Positions 1 through 9,786 are shown, counted from the first letter of the stretch. The stretch is DNA of 64,000 bases from Bacteriovoracia bacterium (GCA_050251055.1 JBFWNL010000005.1:1-64000); one strand, 5' to 3'. Notes: generated from the letters alone by a model not told the origin. Numbers and translations are program-made.

Positions 1-51
1 GCGCAGCACGAGAAGCTCGAGGTACGCCAGAAACTCGGTTTTAATCTCTAC

Positions 52-600
52 ATGGAACAGGGGCAGTGGCAGATATTGGGCGTAGGATTGGCGGGGCTGG
101 GAAGCCTCGGCTTGGCGGTTCCATTCGTGGCGCACGCGGAAGTTTATCTCAGTGCGGACGACGCGGCCAAACTCCTTCTGCCTAACCTGAAACTAGCCCG
201 CCGAGAATTGGAGTTGACCCCCGAGCAGGTAGAGAAAATCGAGGCGGCCTCCGGCGAGAACGTCCGGAATCGTAAGCTCACCGCGTATGTGGGGCCAAAA
301 AAGGAAGTCGTGTTCGTGGATCAGGTTATCGGCAAGCATGAGTTCATCACCTTTGCCGTGGGCTTGGGGGCGGACGGCGCCGTGCGCGGGGTGGAGATTC
401 TAGAGTACCGCGAAACCTACGGCGGGCAGGTACGCCACGCCGATTGGCGCCAGCAGTTCGTAGGCAAGAACTCCCAAGCCAAGCTCAAGGTAGAGTCGGA
501 TATCAAAAATATCAGCGGGGCGACCCTTTCGTCCGTGCACGTGACGGGCGGCGTGCGTCGCCTCATCCACACCTATGAAGCAGTACGCGCGAGCCTCTAG
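52..600 (+). CDS. Extracytoplasmic FMN-binding domain protein (FMN_bind, NqrC/RnfG-like)
   Basis: Signal-like hydrophobic N-terminus; YRETYG and ISGATLSS (SGAT flavinylation motif); ApbE directly downstream. The frame is open back to base 1. Confidence 0.85.
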   Translation: MEQGQWQILGVGLAGLGSLGLAVPFVAHAEVYLSADDAAKLLLPNLKLARRELELTPEQVEKIEAASGENVRNRKLTAYVGPKKEVVFVDQVIGKHEFITFAVGLGADGAVRGVEILEYRETYGGQVRHADWRQQFVGKNSQAKLKVESDIKNISGATLSSVHVTGGVRRLIHTYEAVRASL

Positions 601-1534
601 TTCCGGAACCGCCGCAAACGGCCCGCTGCGGAGGCTGCGTCCGGCGCTCGGCACGTTCGTCGAAGTCACGGCCCAAATGGCTCCCGGAGGCGACGCCCGC
701 ACGTGGCAGCGCTCGGAAGTGTTGCAGGGGCTCATCACCCAAGCTTTCTCCGGGATCGCGAACCTTGAGGGAGTGTTTAGCTGTTTTACTCCGGCCAGCG
801 AGCTCTATCGAGTGAATCATGCCCCAGTGGGCGAGTGGATCGAGATCTCTGGGGAGCTAGCGGAAGTGCTAGGCTTCGGCGCGCGTCTGGAGCAGGCATC
901 CGACGGCGCATTTCGTATGATGGCGGAACGGGAATATGAACTCGCAGGAGAGGGTGCCCGCTCGCGTCGTCCTCCGGGTGCTACCGCCTTTCGTCGGGTT
1001 CGCCGAACCAGCGAGTTGGGTTTTGACCTGGGCGGTTTGGCCAAAGGGTATATCGTCGACGCAGCGTTCGCGCGTTTGGTCGAAGCGAGGCCCGACGTTC
1101 ACTGGGTGGTGAATGCGGGTGGAGACCTGCGCAGCTCGCATCCCTTTCGCGCGGCCGTGCGGGTGCCCACGGGCGCGGAAGAATTCGAATACGATTTCAT
1201 GTTGCCTGCCTGCGCGCTCGCAACGAGCTCACGCGAGACCTCTCTAAATCGGAAGCCGACGGCGCGTTACCTGCCAAGACGGGATCCCTCCCGGCCGTCG
1301 TACACCTCGCGTGCGATCTTCGCCGATACCTCGGCGGCAAGCCGCTGGGACCCCGCTCCCGTCGGGCCGAACACCGTGTGCGTGATGGCGGAAAACTGCC
1401 TGACGGCGGATGCGTTGACAAAAGTAGGATTGTTCCGGGGAACGGGCGACGTGCCGGGTTTTCCGGTGTTCCAGATGGCCGCTTTTGCCAGCAACGGCGC
1501 GGTGATCGGCGACGGAAGGGCAAACGGCGCGTGA
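575..1534 (+). CDS. apbE: FAD:protein FMN transferase (ApbE family)
   Basis: Motifs ALGT, SEL, DLGGLAKGYIVD, NAGGD, ATSS, ADALTK. Confidence 0.9.
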   Translation: MKQYARASSSGTAANGPLRRLRPALGTFVEVTAQMAPGGDARTWQRSEVLQGLITQAFSGIANLEGVFSCFTPASELYRVNHAPVGEWIEISGELAEVLGFGARLEQASDGAFRMMAEREYELAGEGARSRRPPGATAFRRVRRTSELGFDLGGLAKGYIVDAAFARLVEARPDVHWVVNAGGDLRSSHPFRAAVRVPTGAEEFEYDFMLPACALATSSRETSLNRKPTARYLPRRDPSRPSYTSRAIFADTSAASRWDPAPVGPNTVCVMAENCLTADALTKVGLFRGTGDVPGFPVFQMAAFASNGAVIGDGRANGA

Positions 1535-1989
1535 TCGTCACCCGGGCCTTGAAGCGGAAGCTGCGATACGGATTTGGCGCGCTCTATCTATCGGGAAACC
1601 TCTACTGGTTCGCGCGGAGCTGGTTGCGGGGCGAAGCCGAGTTTGGCGGACAGACGATTAGTTTCTGGGAGCGTTTCGCCGGACCGGCGCACATGCTGGC
1701 CGCTTTGTTTTTTATTTTCGTCTTGGGTTCGATTTGGTCACAGCATATTCGCGTGGAGTTACGCGGAGGGCACCATCGTAAGTCGGGTTGGACGTTTCTC
1801 GCCCTGATCGTGGTGCTGGCGATTTCCGGCGTTACGATCCTTTATGGCGGACAGATTTCGTTCATCGACGGCGTCGAATTCGCGCACCCCATTGTCGGGG
1901 CATCGCTATTGCCCGTGCTCGTTTTGCATTGGAAGAAGCCTCACGCCAAGCGGGGAAGAGCGCGGGTACCAAAGGCACCGCGGGCCTAG
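1531..1989 (+). CDS. Four-helix membrane protein with His residues (cytochrome b/DUF4405-like)
   Basis: GTG at 1531 overlaps the apbE stop (GTGA); about 4 hydrophobic segments with His in AHML, QHIR, AHPI, LHW. Confidence 0.6.
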   Translation: MIVTRALKRKLRYGFGALYLSGNLYWFARSWLRGEAEFGGQTISFWERFAGPAHMLAALFFIFVLGSIWSQHIRVELRGGHHRKSGWTFLALIVVLAISGVTILYGGQISFIDGVEFAHPIVGASLLPVLVLHWKKPHAKRGRARVPKAPRA

Positions 1990-2000
1990 GTTCGGGTCAA

Positions 2001-2993
2001 CTAGTACAGACTGTTCTTGGGGCCCTTGGCGGTCGGTTTAGAATTGGCGGCGGCGGTTCCGCCTGCCTTGGTATCTTTCTGGGTGACGATGGCGACGGAG
2101 GCGGAAGCGCCGACGCGGGTCGCGCCCGCTTCGATCATCTTCGCGGCGTCTTCGTGGGTGCGGATACCGCCTGACGCTTTCACGCCCATGTCGGGACCGA
2201 CCACCCGTCGCATGAGCTCAATATCCTCCACGGTCGCGCCGCCCGAGCCGAAGCCGGTCGAAGTCTTCACAAACGCGGCGCCGGCCGCCTTCGAGAAGGC
2301 GCAGCCGATGACTTTCTCGTCGTACGTCAGGCTCGAGGTTTCGAGGATCACTTTTACGCCGTAGGGCTTGGAGGCTTCCACCACGGCACGAATATCTTCA
2401 TAGACTTGCAGGTACAGTCCGCCTTTGAGAGCGCCAATGTTGATGACCATGTCGATCTCACGCGCGCCGGCTCGGATGGCCTCGCGTGCTTCGAACGCCT
2501 TCGTGGCGGAAGCCGCGGCTCCGAGCGGGAAGCCCACGACCGCGATGGGCTTGACGTCCGAGCCTTCGAGTAGTTTGGCGGTGAGGCCTACATTTGATGA
2601 GTTCACGCAAACCGTGGCGAAGTGGTACTGGCGCGCTTCTTCGCACATGCGTTTGATTTCTTCAGGCGTGGCATCTGGCTTAAGTAAGGTGTGGTCGATC
2701 TTACGAGCGAGGCTTTGGTCTTCCTGGATCAGATGGGGCTGAAATGGGGTTTCACCGGTGTGGGTAATCCGGTCGACCGAGTGAAGGTTGGCCGATCGAA
2801 GATCGGGCGCCGCTTGGTACGAAGCAATTGCGTTGGACGCAGTCGCGTTAATTGTCCCTGGCGAGCTTTTGCCGAGCGGGAGGCCCTGCGCCACGAGCTT
2901 ATCTCGGACCGCGTCAGCGATCTGATCTACCAATAAATCCAGTGAGTTAGGATCCGTATGAGAGCTGTGATTTCCCCGTGGCTCGAATGCCAT
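2001..2993 (-). CDS. deoC: Deoxyribose-phosphate aldolase with ~90-aa N-terminal extension
   Basis: [50 protein letters not shown]. Confidence 0.95.
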   Translation of the reverse strand: MAFEPRGNHSSHTDPNSLDLLVDQIADAVRDKLVAQGLPLGKSSPGTINATASNAIASYQAAPDLRSANLHSVDRITHTGETPFQPHLIQEDQSLARKIDHTLLKPDATPEEIKRMCEEARQYHFATVCVNSSNVGLTAKLLEGSDVKPIAVVGFPLGAAASATKAFEAREAIRAGAREIDMVINIGALKGGLYLQVYEDIRAVVEASKPYGVKVILETSSLTYDEKVIGCAFSKAAGAAFVKTSTGFGSGGATVEDIELMRRVVGPDMGVKASGGIRTHEDAAKMIEAGATRVGASASVAIVTQKDTKAGGTAAANSKPTAKGPKNSLY

Positions 2994-3433
2994 AGATTTC
3001 TCCGGCTATGCGTTATGGGGGTTTTTGCTTGAATAGTCAAGTCGGATTAGTTATCTCTGGAGGTACAGGTATAGTACCTGGAAAGTTCATCCACATGGAA
3101 ACGCAGGAGTTTTTCGACCCGGTTTCCCGGGGAGTGGCCAGGAGAAAATAGGCCCCCCCAAGATGAAGAGACGAAAAGAAGAATTAACAATTAATCAACA
3201 CAGGCGCCGCATGAATCGCGCGCCAGTACCAGGATTTGAAACCGTGGGCCCGCAATCGGGAAATGTGAAGCAACTCAAAAATGGACAAGCCAAGTGGCTA
3301 GAGCTGAAAGAAGCTCGTGAGCCCGTTTGTTCGCGAGGACGCTTCGCGCTGAATTTTCCGAATCGCCGCCCAGGCTTATTGACCTGAAACTGGTCTCGCT
3401 TCGTACGGTCGCCGTACCCCCAATGGAGGTGGT

Positions 3434-6400
3434 ATGTCGACAGAACTCATCATTAATGCATCGTTACCGGAAACCCGCATCGCGCTTTTGGAAGAGGGCG
3501 AAATCCAGGAACTCGTCATCGAACGGGCAACGGACAAGGGCATCGTAGGCAACATCTATAAAGGCAGGGTCACCCGCGTGCTTCCGGGCATGCAGGCGGC
3601 TTTCGTGGATATCGGCTTAGAGAAGGCCGCGTTCTTGTACGTGGACGATGTATACGTGCACGACATGTCCTCCACGATGGGAGCCATGGGTGAAGACGTT
3701 TCCGATGACGAGGAGTACGGGGATTACGAAGGCCAGGGACAAAACGTGGCTCCCGAAGGCCCGGGCGCTCCGGAGGCAAGCGAATCGGTACAAGCGGGTG
3801 CTGACCAGCCGGGCGAGTCCAGCTCCGAACCCGCTATGGCCGCAAGTGAACCCGTGCAAGCGGGCGCGGACATCGCGTCGGATGATGCGGAGGCTGAGGC
3901 GTGGCGTTCAGAAGTTGAGGACTCCGACGAAGAGGCTGGCGGAGAAGGCCAAGAAGAAGGTCACGACGAAGGCGATGGCCGCCCCCAGGAAATGGGCCCT
4001 CCTCCCGGAGAAGGCGACGACGATAGTTTTGGAAATCGGGCTCCCGAAGGCACGGTCGCTCCCCCTGCGGAAAGAAACTTCAATGAATCTAACTCAGGTG
4101 GAGGGGGTGAAGGCGAAGCGCCCCAATCTGCCGGTCAAGGCGGAGAAGGTGCCGCGGCCGGTGGCGGTGGCGAAGGCCAAGGACGCGGAGACCGAGGATT
4201 CGGCGGCGGACGCCGGGATCGTGGACGGGGACGCCGTGGTGGCCGGAACCGCAATCGCAACCGCAACCGTGATCGCGGTCGCGATGGCGGCCGTGACGGT
4301 GGCTACGACCGGCAAGGGCGGGGTGGGCAAGGCGGCGATCGCCAAGACCAGCCGAACCAAGAATATCCGGAAAATTATAATCAGATGGTTTCCGACTCGG
4401 GCGACGTGCAAACCGATCGTTCGGCGCTGGGCGAAGACGCGCAGTCGCATCTGCCGACCCACGGCGCGGATCACGCGAGCGATCGCCCGGAGCGCGGTAT
4501 GGAAGGTGGCGAAGGCGCCCGTTCCGAAAATCGCGATCAACGCGGCGGTGGCCGCCACGACCAGCGCAGTGGGCGCGGGGGACGGGGCGGACGTAATCGC
4601 CAGGAGTTCCGCCAGCAGCGCGGCCGGGACCGCAAGATTCGTCCGAAGTTCGGGTCGCGCGAGCGTCCCCGTTCCGGAAAAATTGAAGATCTTTTGAAGG
4701 AAGGCCAAGAAGTGCTGGTGCAGATCGCGAAGGACCCGATCGCGACCAAGGGTGCGCGCCTTACTTGCCACGTCAGCCTCGCTGGCCGTCACCTCGTTTG
4801 CATGCCGACGATCGATCACATCGGCGTTTCCCGCCGTATCGATCGCGACGACGAGCGCCGCATCCTGCGCCAGTATGTCGATCAACATCGTCCGAAAGGC
4901 GTGGGCTTTATTGTCCGTACCGCCAGCGGCGGGAAGAATCCCGAGCGTTGGATCAAGACCGATATCGATTACCTGGCCAAGCTTTGGGACGATATTCGCC
5001 ACAAGGCGGAAACCGTTTCGGCCCCGGCATTGGTGTATGAAGATCTTAACTCGGTGCTGCGCGCGGTTCGCGACTGGCTCACGGAAGAAGTGACCAAGGT
5101 GATGGTCGATTCGCGTTACTATTATAATGAGATCAAAGGATTCGTTTCGAACTTCATGCCGGCGATCGGTGATCGCGTGGAGCTCTATCAAGGGCACATT
5201 CCGATCTTCGACGCATACGGGATCTCCACCGAACTGCACCGCGCCCTGGAGCGCAAGGTCTGGCTGAAGTCCGGCGGTTACATCGTCATCGACCAGGCGG
5301 AAGCCTTGGTGGCGGTGGACGTGAACACCGGCCGCTACGTCGGCAAGAAGAATCTCGAGGACACGATCTTGAAGACCAACCTGGAGGCGGTCGAAGAGGT
5401 CGCCTATCAGCTGCGGCTGCGCAACTGCGGCGGGATCATCATCATCGACTTAATCGACATGGAGAAGGAAGAGAATCGGCATCGCGTTTACCGGGCGCTG
5501 GAGAACGCGCTACGCAAGGACCGCGCCCGTCCCTCCATCATCAAGATGTCTGAGCTCGGCTTGATCGAGATGACCCGTAAACGGACGCGCGACACCATGG
5601 TGCGTGCGCTTTGCACGTCCTGCAATCACTGTGAAGGCAAGGGTTTCATCAAGAGCAAGGAAACCGTGGCTTACGAGGTGCTGCGGGAAGTGGAGCGCGC
5701 CGGCATCGATCGCGATACGAGCAAGATCCTGGTGCAGGCGCATCCGGATACGATCGATATCCTCGCCATCGAAGAACGCGAGACATTAGATCAGCTGGAG
5801 CGGCGTTATAAGAAGCAGATTTTCTTGCAGGCCGTGATGGAATTCCATCAGGAGCAGTTCGAAGTCAGTGCCGACGAGTCCGGTCAGCGCCGCGAAATCA
5901 GCGGTCGTTCCAACCGCAATCGTGACCGCGATCGCGGGCGGGATCGTGACCGCAACCGGGATCGCAATCGTGACCGCGGGGACCGTGACCAAAATCGCGG
6001 TGATTCCGGCGGAGACACCCCGATGTCGGCTCGTCAGGATCGAGAGAGTGATGGCGGTGCGCCGGATACCGCCGACTCTAGGGAGTCGGTGGCGCCGGAT
6101 ACCGGCAACGAAGGCCAGCACGACTACACGCCGGCCGTGCCGTCGCCGGGATCGGAGACCTCGACGCCACTGCGTGCCCAGGATGCATCGTTCACGGCTC
6201 CGCCAGCCAAAGCCGGCGGTGGGGACGAGGAGGATGAAGATCGGCTGGCGTTCTTACGCGCACAAGCCGCGCAGGACGCTGCCATCGCGAATTTGGGGCC
6301 GGCGCCGGCTTTGACTTCCATGCATGCGCAGGGAAATCGCAACCAGGGCCGCGGCGGCGGCGGCGGGCGTAACAACAACCGCCATGGTAAGTCCATGGGC

Positions 6401-6667
6401 GGCCGCAATGACCGAGGTGGCGGCGGCGATCGTGGCGGACGTGGCGGACGGAATCGCAACAAGAACCGCCGGGGCGGCGGAATGAACAACAACAACGGAA
6501 ATCGCTTCCGTGGGAACGACCGGGGCGGTGGTGGCCGTGGATACGAGCAGCGCGATAGTGGCATGCAGATGTCCGCACCCGCAGAAAGCGGCAGCAGCTC
6601 GGGATCGCAGGGTACCGGCGGTTCGGGTGGCTCGGGCGGTGATCATGGCGGGGATTCTATCTCGTGA
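3434..6667 (+). CDS. rne: Ribonuclease E/G family protein with large disordered S1 insertion and disordered C-terminal tail
   Basis: GNIYKGRVTRVLPGMQAAFVDIG, KDPIATKGARLT, LKSGGYIVID, DVNTG, IIIDLIDM, MTRKR, Zn-link CNHCEGKG; GGAGG RBS upstream. Confidence 0.95.
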   Translation: MSTELIINASLPETRIALLEEGEIQELVIERATDKGIVGNIYKGRVTRVLPGMQAAFVDIGLEKAAFLYVDDVYVHDMSSTMGAMGEDVSDDEEYGDYEGQGQNVAPEGPGAPEASESVQAGADQPGESSSEPAMAASEPVQAGADIASDDAEAEAWRSEVEDSDEEAGGEGQEEGHDEGDGRPQEMGPPPGEGDDDSFGNRAPEGTVAPPAERNFNESNSGGGGEGEAPQSAGQGGEGAAAGGGGEGQGRGDRGFGGGRRDRGRGRRGGRNRNRNRNRDRGRDGGRDGGYDRQGRGGQGGDRQDQPNQEYPENYNQMVSDSGDVQTDRSALGEDAQSHLPTHGADHASDRPERGMEGGEGARSENRDQRGGGRHDQRSGRGGRGGRNRQEFRQQRGRDRKIRPKFGSRERPRSGKIEDLLKEGQEVLVQIAKDPIATKGARLTCHVSLAGRHLVCMPTIDHIGVSRRIDRDDERRILRQYVDQHRPKGVGFIVRTASGGKNPERWIKTDIDYLAKLWDDIRHKAETVSAPALVYEDLNSVLRAVRDWLTEEVTKVMVDSRYYYNEIKGFVSNFMPAIGDRVELYQGHIPIFDAYGISTELHRALERKVWLKSGGYIVIDQAEALVAVDVNTGRYVGKKNLEDTILKTNLEAVEEVAYQLRLRNCGGIIIIDLIDMEKEENRHRVYRALENALRKDRARPSIIKMSELGLIEMTRKRTRDTMVRALCTSCNHCEGKGFIKSKETVAYEVLREVERAGIDRDTSKILVQAHPDTIDILAIEERETLDQLERRYKKQIFLQAVMEFHQEQFEVSADESGQRREISGRSNRNRDRDRGRDRDRNRDRNRDRGDRDQNRGDSGGDTPMSARQDRESDGGAPDTADSRESVAPDTGNEGQHDYTPAVPSPGSETSTPLRAQDASFTAPPAKAGGGDEEDEDRLAFLRAQAAQDAAIANLGPAPALTSMHAQGNRNQGRGGGGGRNNNRHGKSMGGRNDRGGGGDRGGRGGRNRNKNRRGGGMNNNNGNRFRGNDRGGGGRGYEQRDSGMQMSAPAESGSSSGSQGTGGSGGSGGDHGGDSIS

Positions 6668-7737
6668 GCGAAACCACTTTTCGGTTTCACCTAAACTTGC
6701 CGAAGACCATTTACTTTCGTGAACGTCCCCGCACCCGGGAGGGGCGCGTGTTCAACCGGGAAGAGGTCTTCGCCTGGATTTGGGCGAACCTGGCCCAGTA
6801 CGGTTTGCTTGGCATCCACGAAGGCACTCAGCTTGCGCCGAAGCGTGGAAAAGTATTGGACTCGGCGGTGGCTCCTACGCAGCGCGACTGGGTCGCCAGT
6901 GCGGGACCGCTCGAGGCCGTCCTTTATTTCAATTCGAATAAAGGGGCGCGTACGGCAGTCAAGGTACTGGAGACCCACTTCGACGGCTTGTCCCGTATGC
7001 GAGTTTTCGAGCAGCGCGACAAGAACTGGAACGAAGCCTGGCAGAAGAACTTTCGGGCCGTGGAGATTCCCCCGTTCTGGAAGGTCGTACCCCCTTGGGA
7101 TGCTTCGAAGCTTGGCTCGGATGCCCTGGGGATCGTGATTAACCCGGGCGCGGGGTTTGGTACCGGCACCCACGAGACCACGCGGCTTTGCCTGGAAGCC
7201 ATCGGCGAGATGGCGGCCGGGCTTGAGAGTTCCCAACCTTTCGCAGGCAAGCGGGTTTTGGACTTTGGCAGCGGATCCGGATTGCTTGGCATCGGGTGCG
7301 CGCTGCTGGGCGCTCAGGCGGAGTGCGTGGAGGTGGACCCGCTCGCGATCGATAACGCCGAAGGCAACGTAAAGCTCAACGGCGTCGGACGCCGCGTACG
7401 CTTCCAGGGCGAGATCAACCCCAAGTGGAAGCCGTTCGATCTCGTGGTGGCGAATATTCTTAAGCCGGTGCTGCTAGAGTTCGCGCCGGCATTGACCCGT
7501 CTGCTTGCTCCACGCGGGGTCTTGATTCTTTCGGGGCTTCTGCACAAGGACGAGGCGCCGGTACGCAAGCAATACGCCGCGCTTTTACCCCAGGGGTATC
7601 AGTTCATTCGCGGGGAAGAGGGAGATTGGTGCGCGCTGATCGCGGTGCCGGGCGCTCGCGAAACCAAAGTTCGTACGAAAGCCAGGCCCGGCGCTAAACC
7701 CAAGCCCTCGGCTAAATCCACGAAACGCCGCCGGTGA
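6664..7737 (+). CDS. prmA: Ribosomal protein L11 methyltransferase
   Basis: WNEAW, INPGAGFGTGTHETTRLCL, VLDFGSGSGLL, VVANIL, LILSGLL. Confidence 0.9.
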   Translation: MSETTFRFHLNLPKTIYFRERPRTREGRVFNREEVFAWIWANLAQYGLLGIHEGTQLAPKRGKVLDSAVAPTQRDWVASAGPLEAVLYFNSNKGARTAVKVLETHFDGLSRMRVFEQRDKNWNEAWQKNFRAVEIPPFWKVVPPWDASKLGSDALGIVINPGAGFGTGTHETTRLCLEAIGEMAAGLESSQPFAGKRVLDFGSGSGLLGIGCALLGAQAECVEVDPLAIDNAEGNVKLNGVGRRVRFQGEINPKWKPFDLVVANILKPVLLEFAPALTRLLAPRGVLILSGLLHKDEAPVRKQYAALLPQGYQFIRGEEGDWCALIAVPGARETKVRTKARPGAKPKPSAKSTKRRR

Positions 7738-8435
7738 CCAAGCCCGTTCGGGAGTATAAGTATTACGATTTGATCATGGCGGCCTTCGTGACGGTCTTGA
7801 TCTGCTCGAACTTTATCGGCGCGGCCAAAGTTTGCCTCGTCAACTTGCCGTGGATTGGGGATTTCCGCTTCAGTGGGGGAGTGCTTTTCTTTCCGATTAG
7901 CTATTTTTTTGGCGACATCCTAACGGAAGTGTATGGCTACGCCCGCGCCCGTAAGGTGGTGTGGGCGGGCTTTGGCGCGCTGGCATTCGCATCCGGCATG
8001 TCTTGGCTGGTCTTGAACGTGCCGGCGGATCCCGTTTGGCCGAATCAAGGCGCGCTAGAGACGGTCTTCGGGGCCACTCCGCGTATCGTCGTGGCTTCCA
8101 TGATCGCCTATTTCCTGGGCGAGTTTTGTAATTCTTACACCCTCGCCAAGATGAAGGTGTGGTCGAAGGGAAAAGCGCTTTGGCAGCGTACGATCGGCTC
8201 CACCGTGGTCGGCGAGATGGTCGATTCGTTGGTGTTCTACCCTTTGGCTTTTTTGGGGATTTGGTCGGTGGAGCAAGTGTTTCAGGTGTTGATCGGTAAC
8301 TACTTTTTGAAGGTGCTTTGGGAGGTGCTCGCCACGCCGGTGACCTATCGGGTGGTGGCTTTCTTGAAACGGGCGGAGAATGAAGACTACTTCGATACCA
8401 AGACTAAGTTTACGCCGTTTTCTTTGGAGGTCTGA
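7734..8435 (+). CDS. yhhQ: Queuosine precursor transporter (YhhQ/COG1738, VUT family)
   Basis: FPISYFFGDILTEVYG, RIVVAS, RTIGSTVVGEMVDS; multiple TM helices. Confidence 0.9.
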   Translation: MTKPVREYKYYDLIMAAFVTVLICSNFIGAAKVCLVNLPWIGDFRFSGGVLFFPISYFFGDILTEVYGYARARKVVWAGFGALAFASGMSWLVLNVPADPVWPNQGALETVFGATPRIVVASMIAYFLGEFCNSYTLAKMKVWSKGKALWQRTIGSTVVGEMVDSLVFYPLAFLGIWSVEQVFQVLIGNYFLKVLWEVLATPVTYRVVAFLKRAENEDYFDTKTKFTPFSLEV

Positions 8436-9786
8436 GCGTGGGCATAGGCGAGCGGTCCGTCTGGCCGGGAGCCTAGGCGGATTGCTGGCGGTAATGTTCA
8501 CGCCTTCCACTCCCGCGGCTGATTTATTGACTCATGCCGATCGGGTTTTCAAGCAGCTTTCTCCCCTGGTTTTTAAGATCAAAACCGCGATCGATTCCGA
8601 TTCGCCCAAGGCCGCTTACGGGAGTGGTTTCGTCGTAAACAAAGAGGGCTGGTTGCTGACGAACTATCACGTCATCTCTTCGGCTCTGCAGGAACCTAAA
8701 AAGTACAAGATTTACTTGGTCGATAGCATCGAATCTATCCCTGCCGAAGCGGTGGCGGTGAGCGTTGTGCATGATTTGGCCCTGGTCAAGGTGCCGCGCC
8801 AGTTTGCCCAGGCACTCCGATTCGCCACCCAGCCGCCCACCCAGGGTGAGAAAATCTATTCCATCGGAATCCCTAAGGATCTCAATCTCTCGATCGTCGA
8901 AGGAACGTACAACGGCACGGTGAACTACGGTCCGTATGAAAACATCCACATGTCGTCGCCGATCAACGGCGGCATGAGCGGTGGTCCGACGGTGAACGCT
9001 CGCGGCGAGATCGTAGGCGTGAACGTCGCGATTTTAATCGGTTCTCAGAATATTTCTTTTTCGGTCCCCGCGCGTTTCGGCGCGGAGTTGATAAGAGACG
9101 CACGGGCTACTCAGGCTGTTGCTCTCACTACGGAGAAACTCCACCAGGTGATTCGCGGGCAACTCGAAGGGGTACAAGCCCAGATATTGAAGGATCTGAT
9201 AAGGGATGACCGCAAGGCGCCCACGCTCGTGAATACCCTGCCGGGCTGGCAGGTTCCCCGCATGAGCAACGGATACAAGTGCTGGTCGAGCAACAAGGAC
9301 GACGAAAGGCGCCGTTTCGAGAGCGTCAGCTATGCGTGCTTCCTGGACCAGGGGGCTTTCCTGCGCGACGACGTATATAGCGGCAGCATCGAGTTCGTTT
9401 ACGAAACGGTTAAGAACCGCAAGCTCAACCCCTGGCAGTTCGCCAACCTCATGAACGATTGGTACAACGGGGGAAGTGGTTCTCGGAATCTCTATCTGTC
9501 CCGATCCGAATCGAGTGATTTTCTGACGAGCTACGACTGCGCGGAGCGCATCGTGGTCAATTCGCAGGGGATGGCGTTCAAGTTCAACTACTGCCTCCGG
9601 GCTTATCTGAAATACGAAGGGCTCCTGAACGCCGAATACAAATTCGCCGCCTTGGGAACGGCCAAGGGATCGTCCCTTCCGAACGAGACCTTGCTCGGCC
9701 GAACCCACGTGCAGGGAGTGACGCTGGCGAATCTCAAGCGGATTATCGCCTGGCAGCTGGATAATATCCGGAGGGTCGACCCGTGA
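8380..9786 (+). CDS. Secreted trypsin-like (S1C/HtrA-type, no PDZ) serine protease with Cys-containing C-terminal domain; start uncertain
   Basis: GSGF, TNYHV, HDLAL, INGGMSGGP catalytic triad motifs. Confidence 0.85.
   Translation: MKTTSIPRLSLRRFLWRSERGHRRAVRLAGSLGGLLAVMFTPSTPAADLLTHADRVFKQLSPLVFKIKTAIDSDSPKAAYGSGFVVNKEGWLLTNYHVISSALQEPKKYKIYLVDSIESIPAEAVAVSVVHDLALVKVPRQFAQALRFATQPPTQGEKIYSIGIPKDLNLSIVEGTYNGTVNYGPYENIHMSSPINGGMSGGPTVNARGEIVGVNVAILIGSQNISFSVPARFGAELIRDARATQAVALTTEKLHQVIRGQLEGVQAQILKDLIRDDRKAPTLVNTLPGWQVPRMSNGYKCWSSNKDDERRRFESVSYACFLDQGAFLRDDVYSGSIEFVYETVKNRKLNPWQFANLMNDWYNGGSGSRNLYLSRSESSDFLTSYDCAERIVVNSQGMAFKFNYCLRAYLKYEGLLNAEYKFAALGTAKGSSLPNETLLGRTHVQGVTLANLKRIIAWQLDNIRRVDP

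Noticed and set aside
3163-3387. 74-aa ORF in the rne leader
   Set aside because: No clear RBS or motif; the region is better explained as UTR, though a leader peptide is not excluded.
3648-5239. Long alternative-frame and antisense ORFs over the RNase E insertion (3648-4697 +, 4094-5239 -)
   Set aside because: Explained by stop-poor, low-complexity GC-rich sequence within rne.
7600-7733. preQ1 riboswitch upstream of yhhQ
   Set aside because: yhhQ overlaps the prmA stop; there is no leader or riboswitch-like motif.
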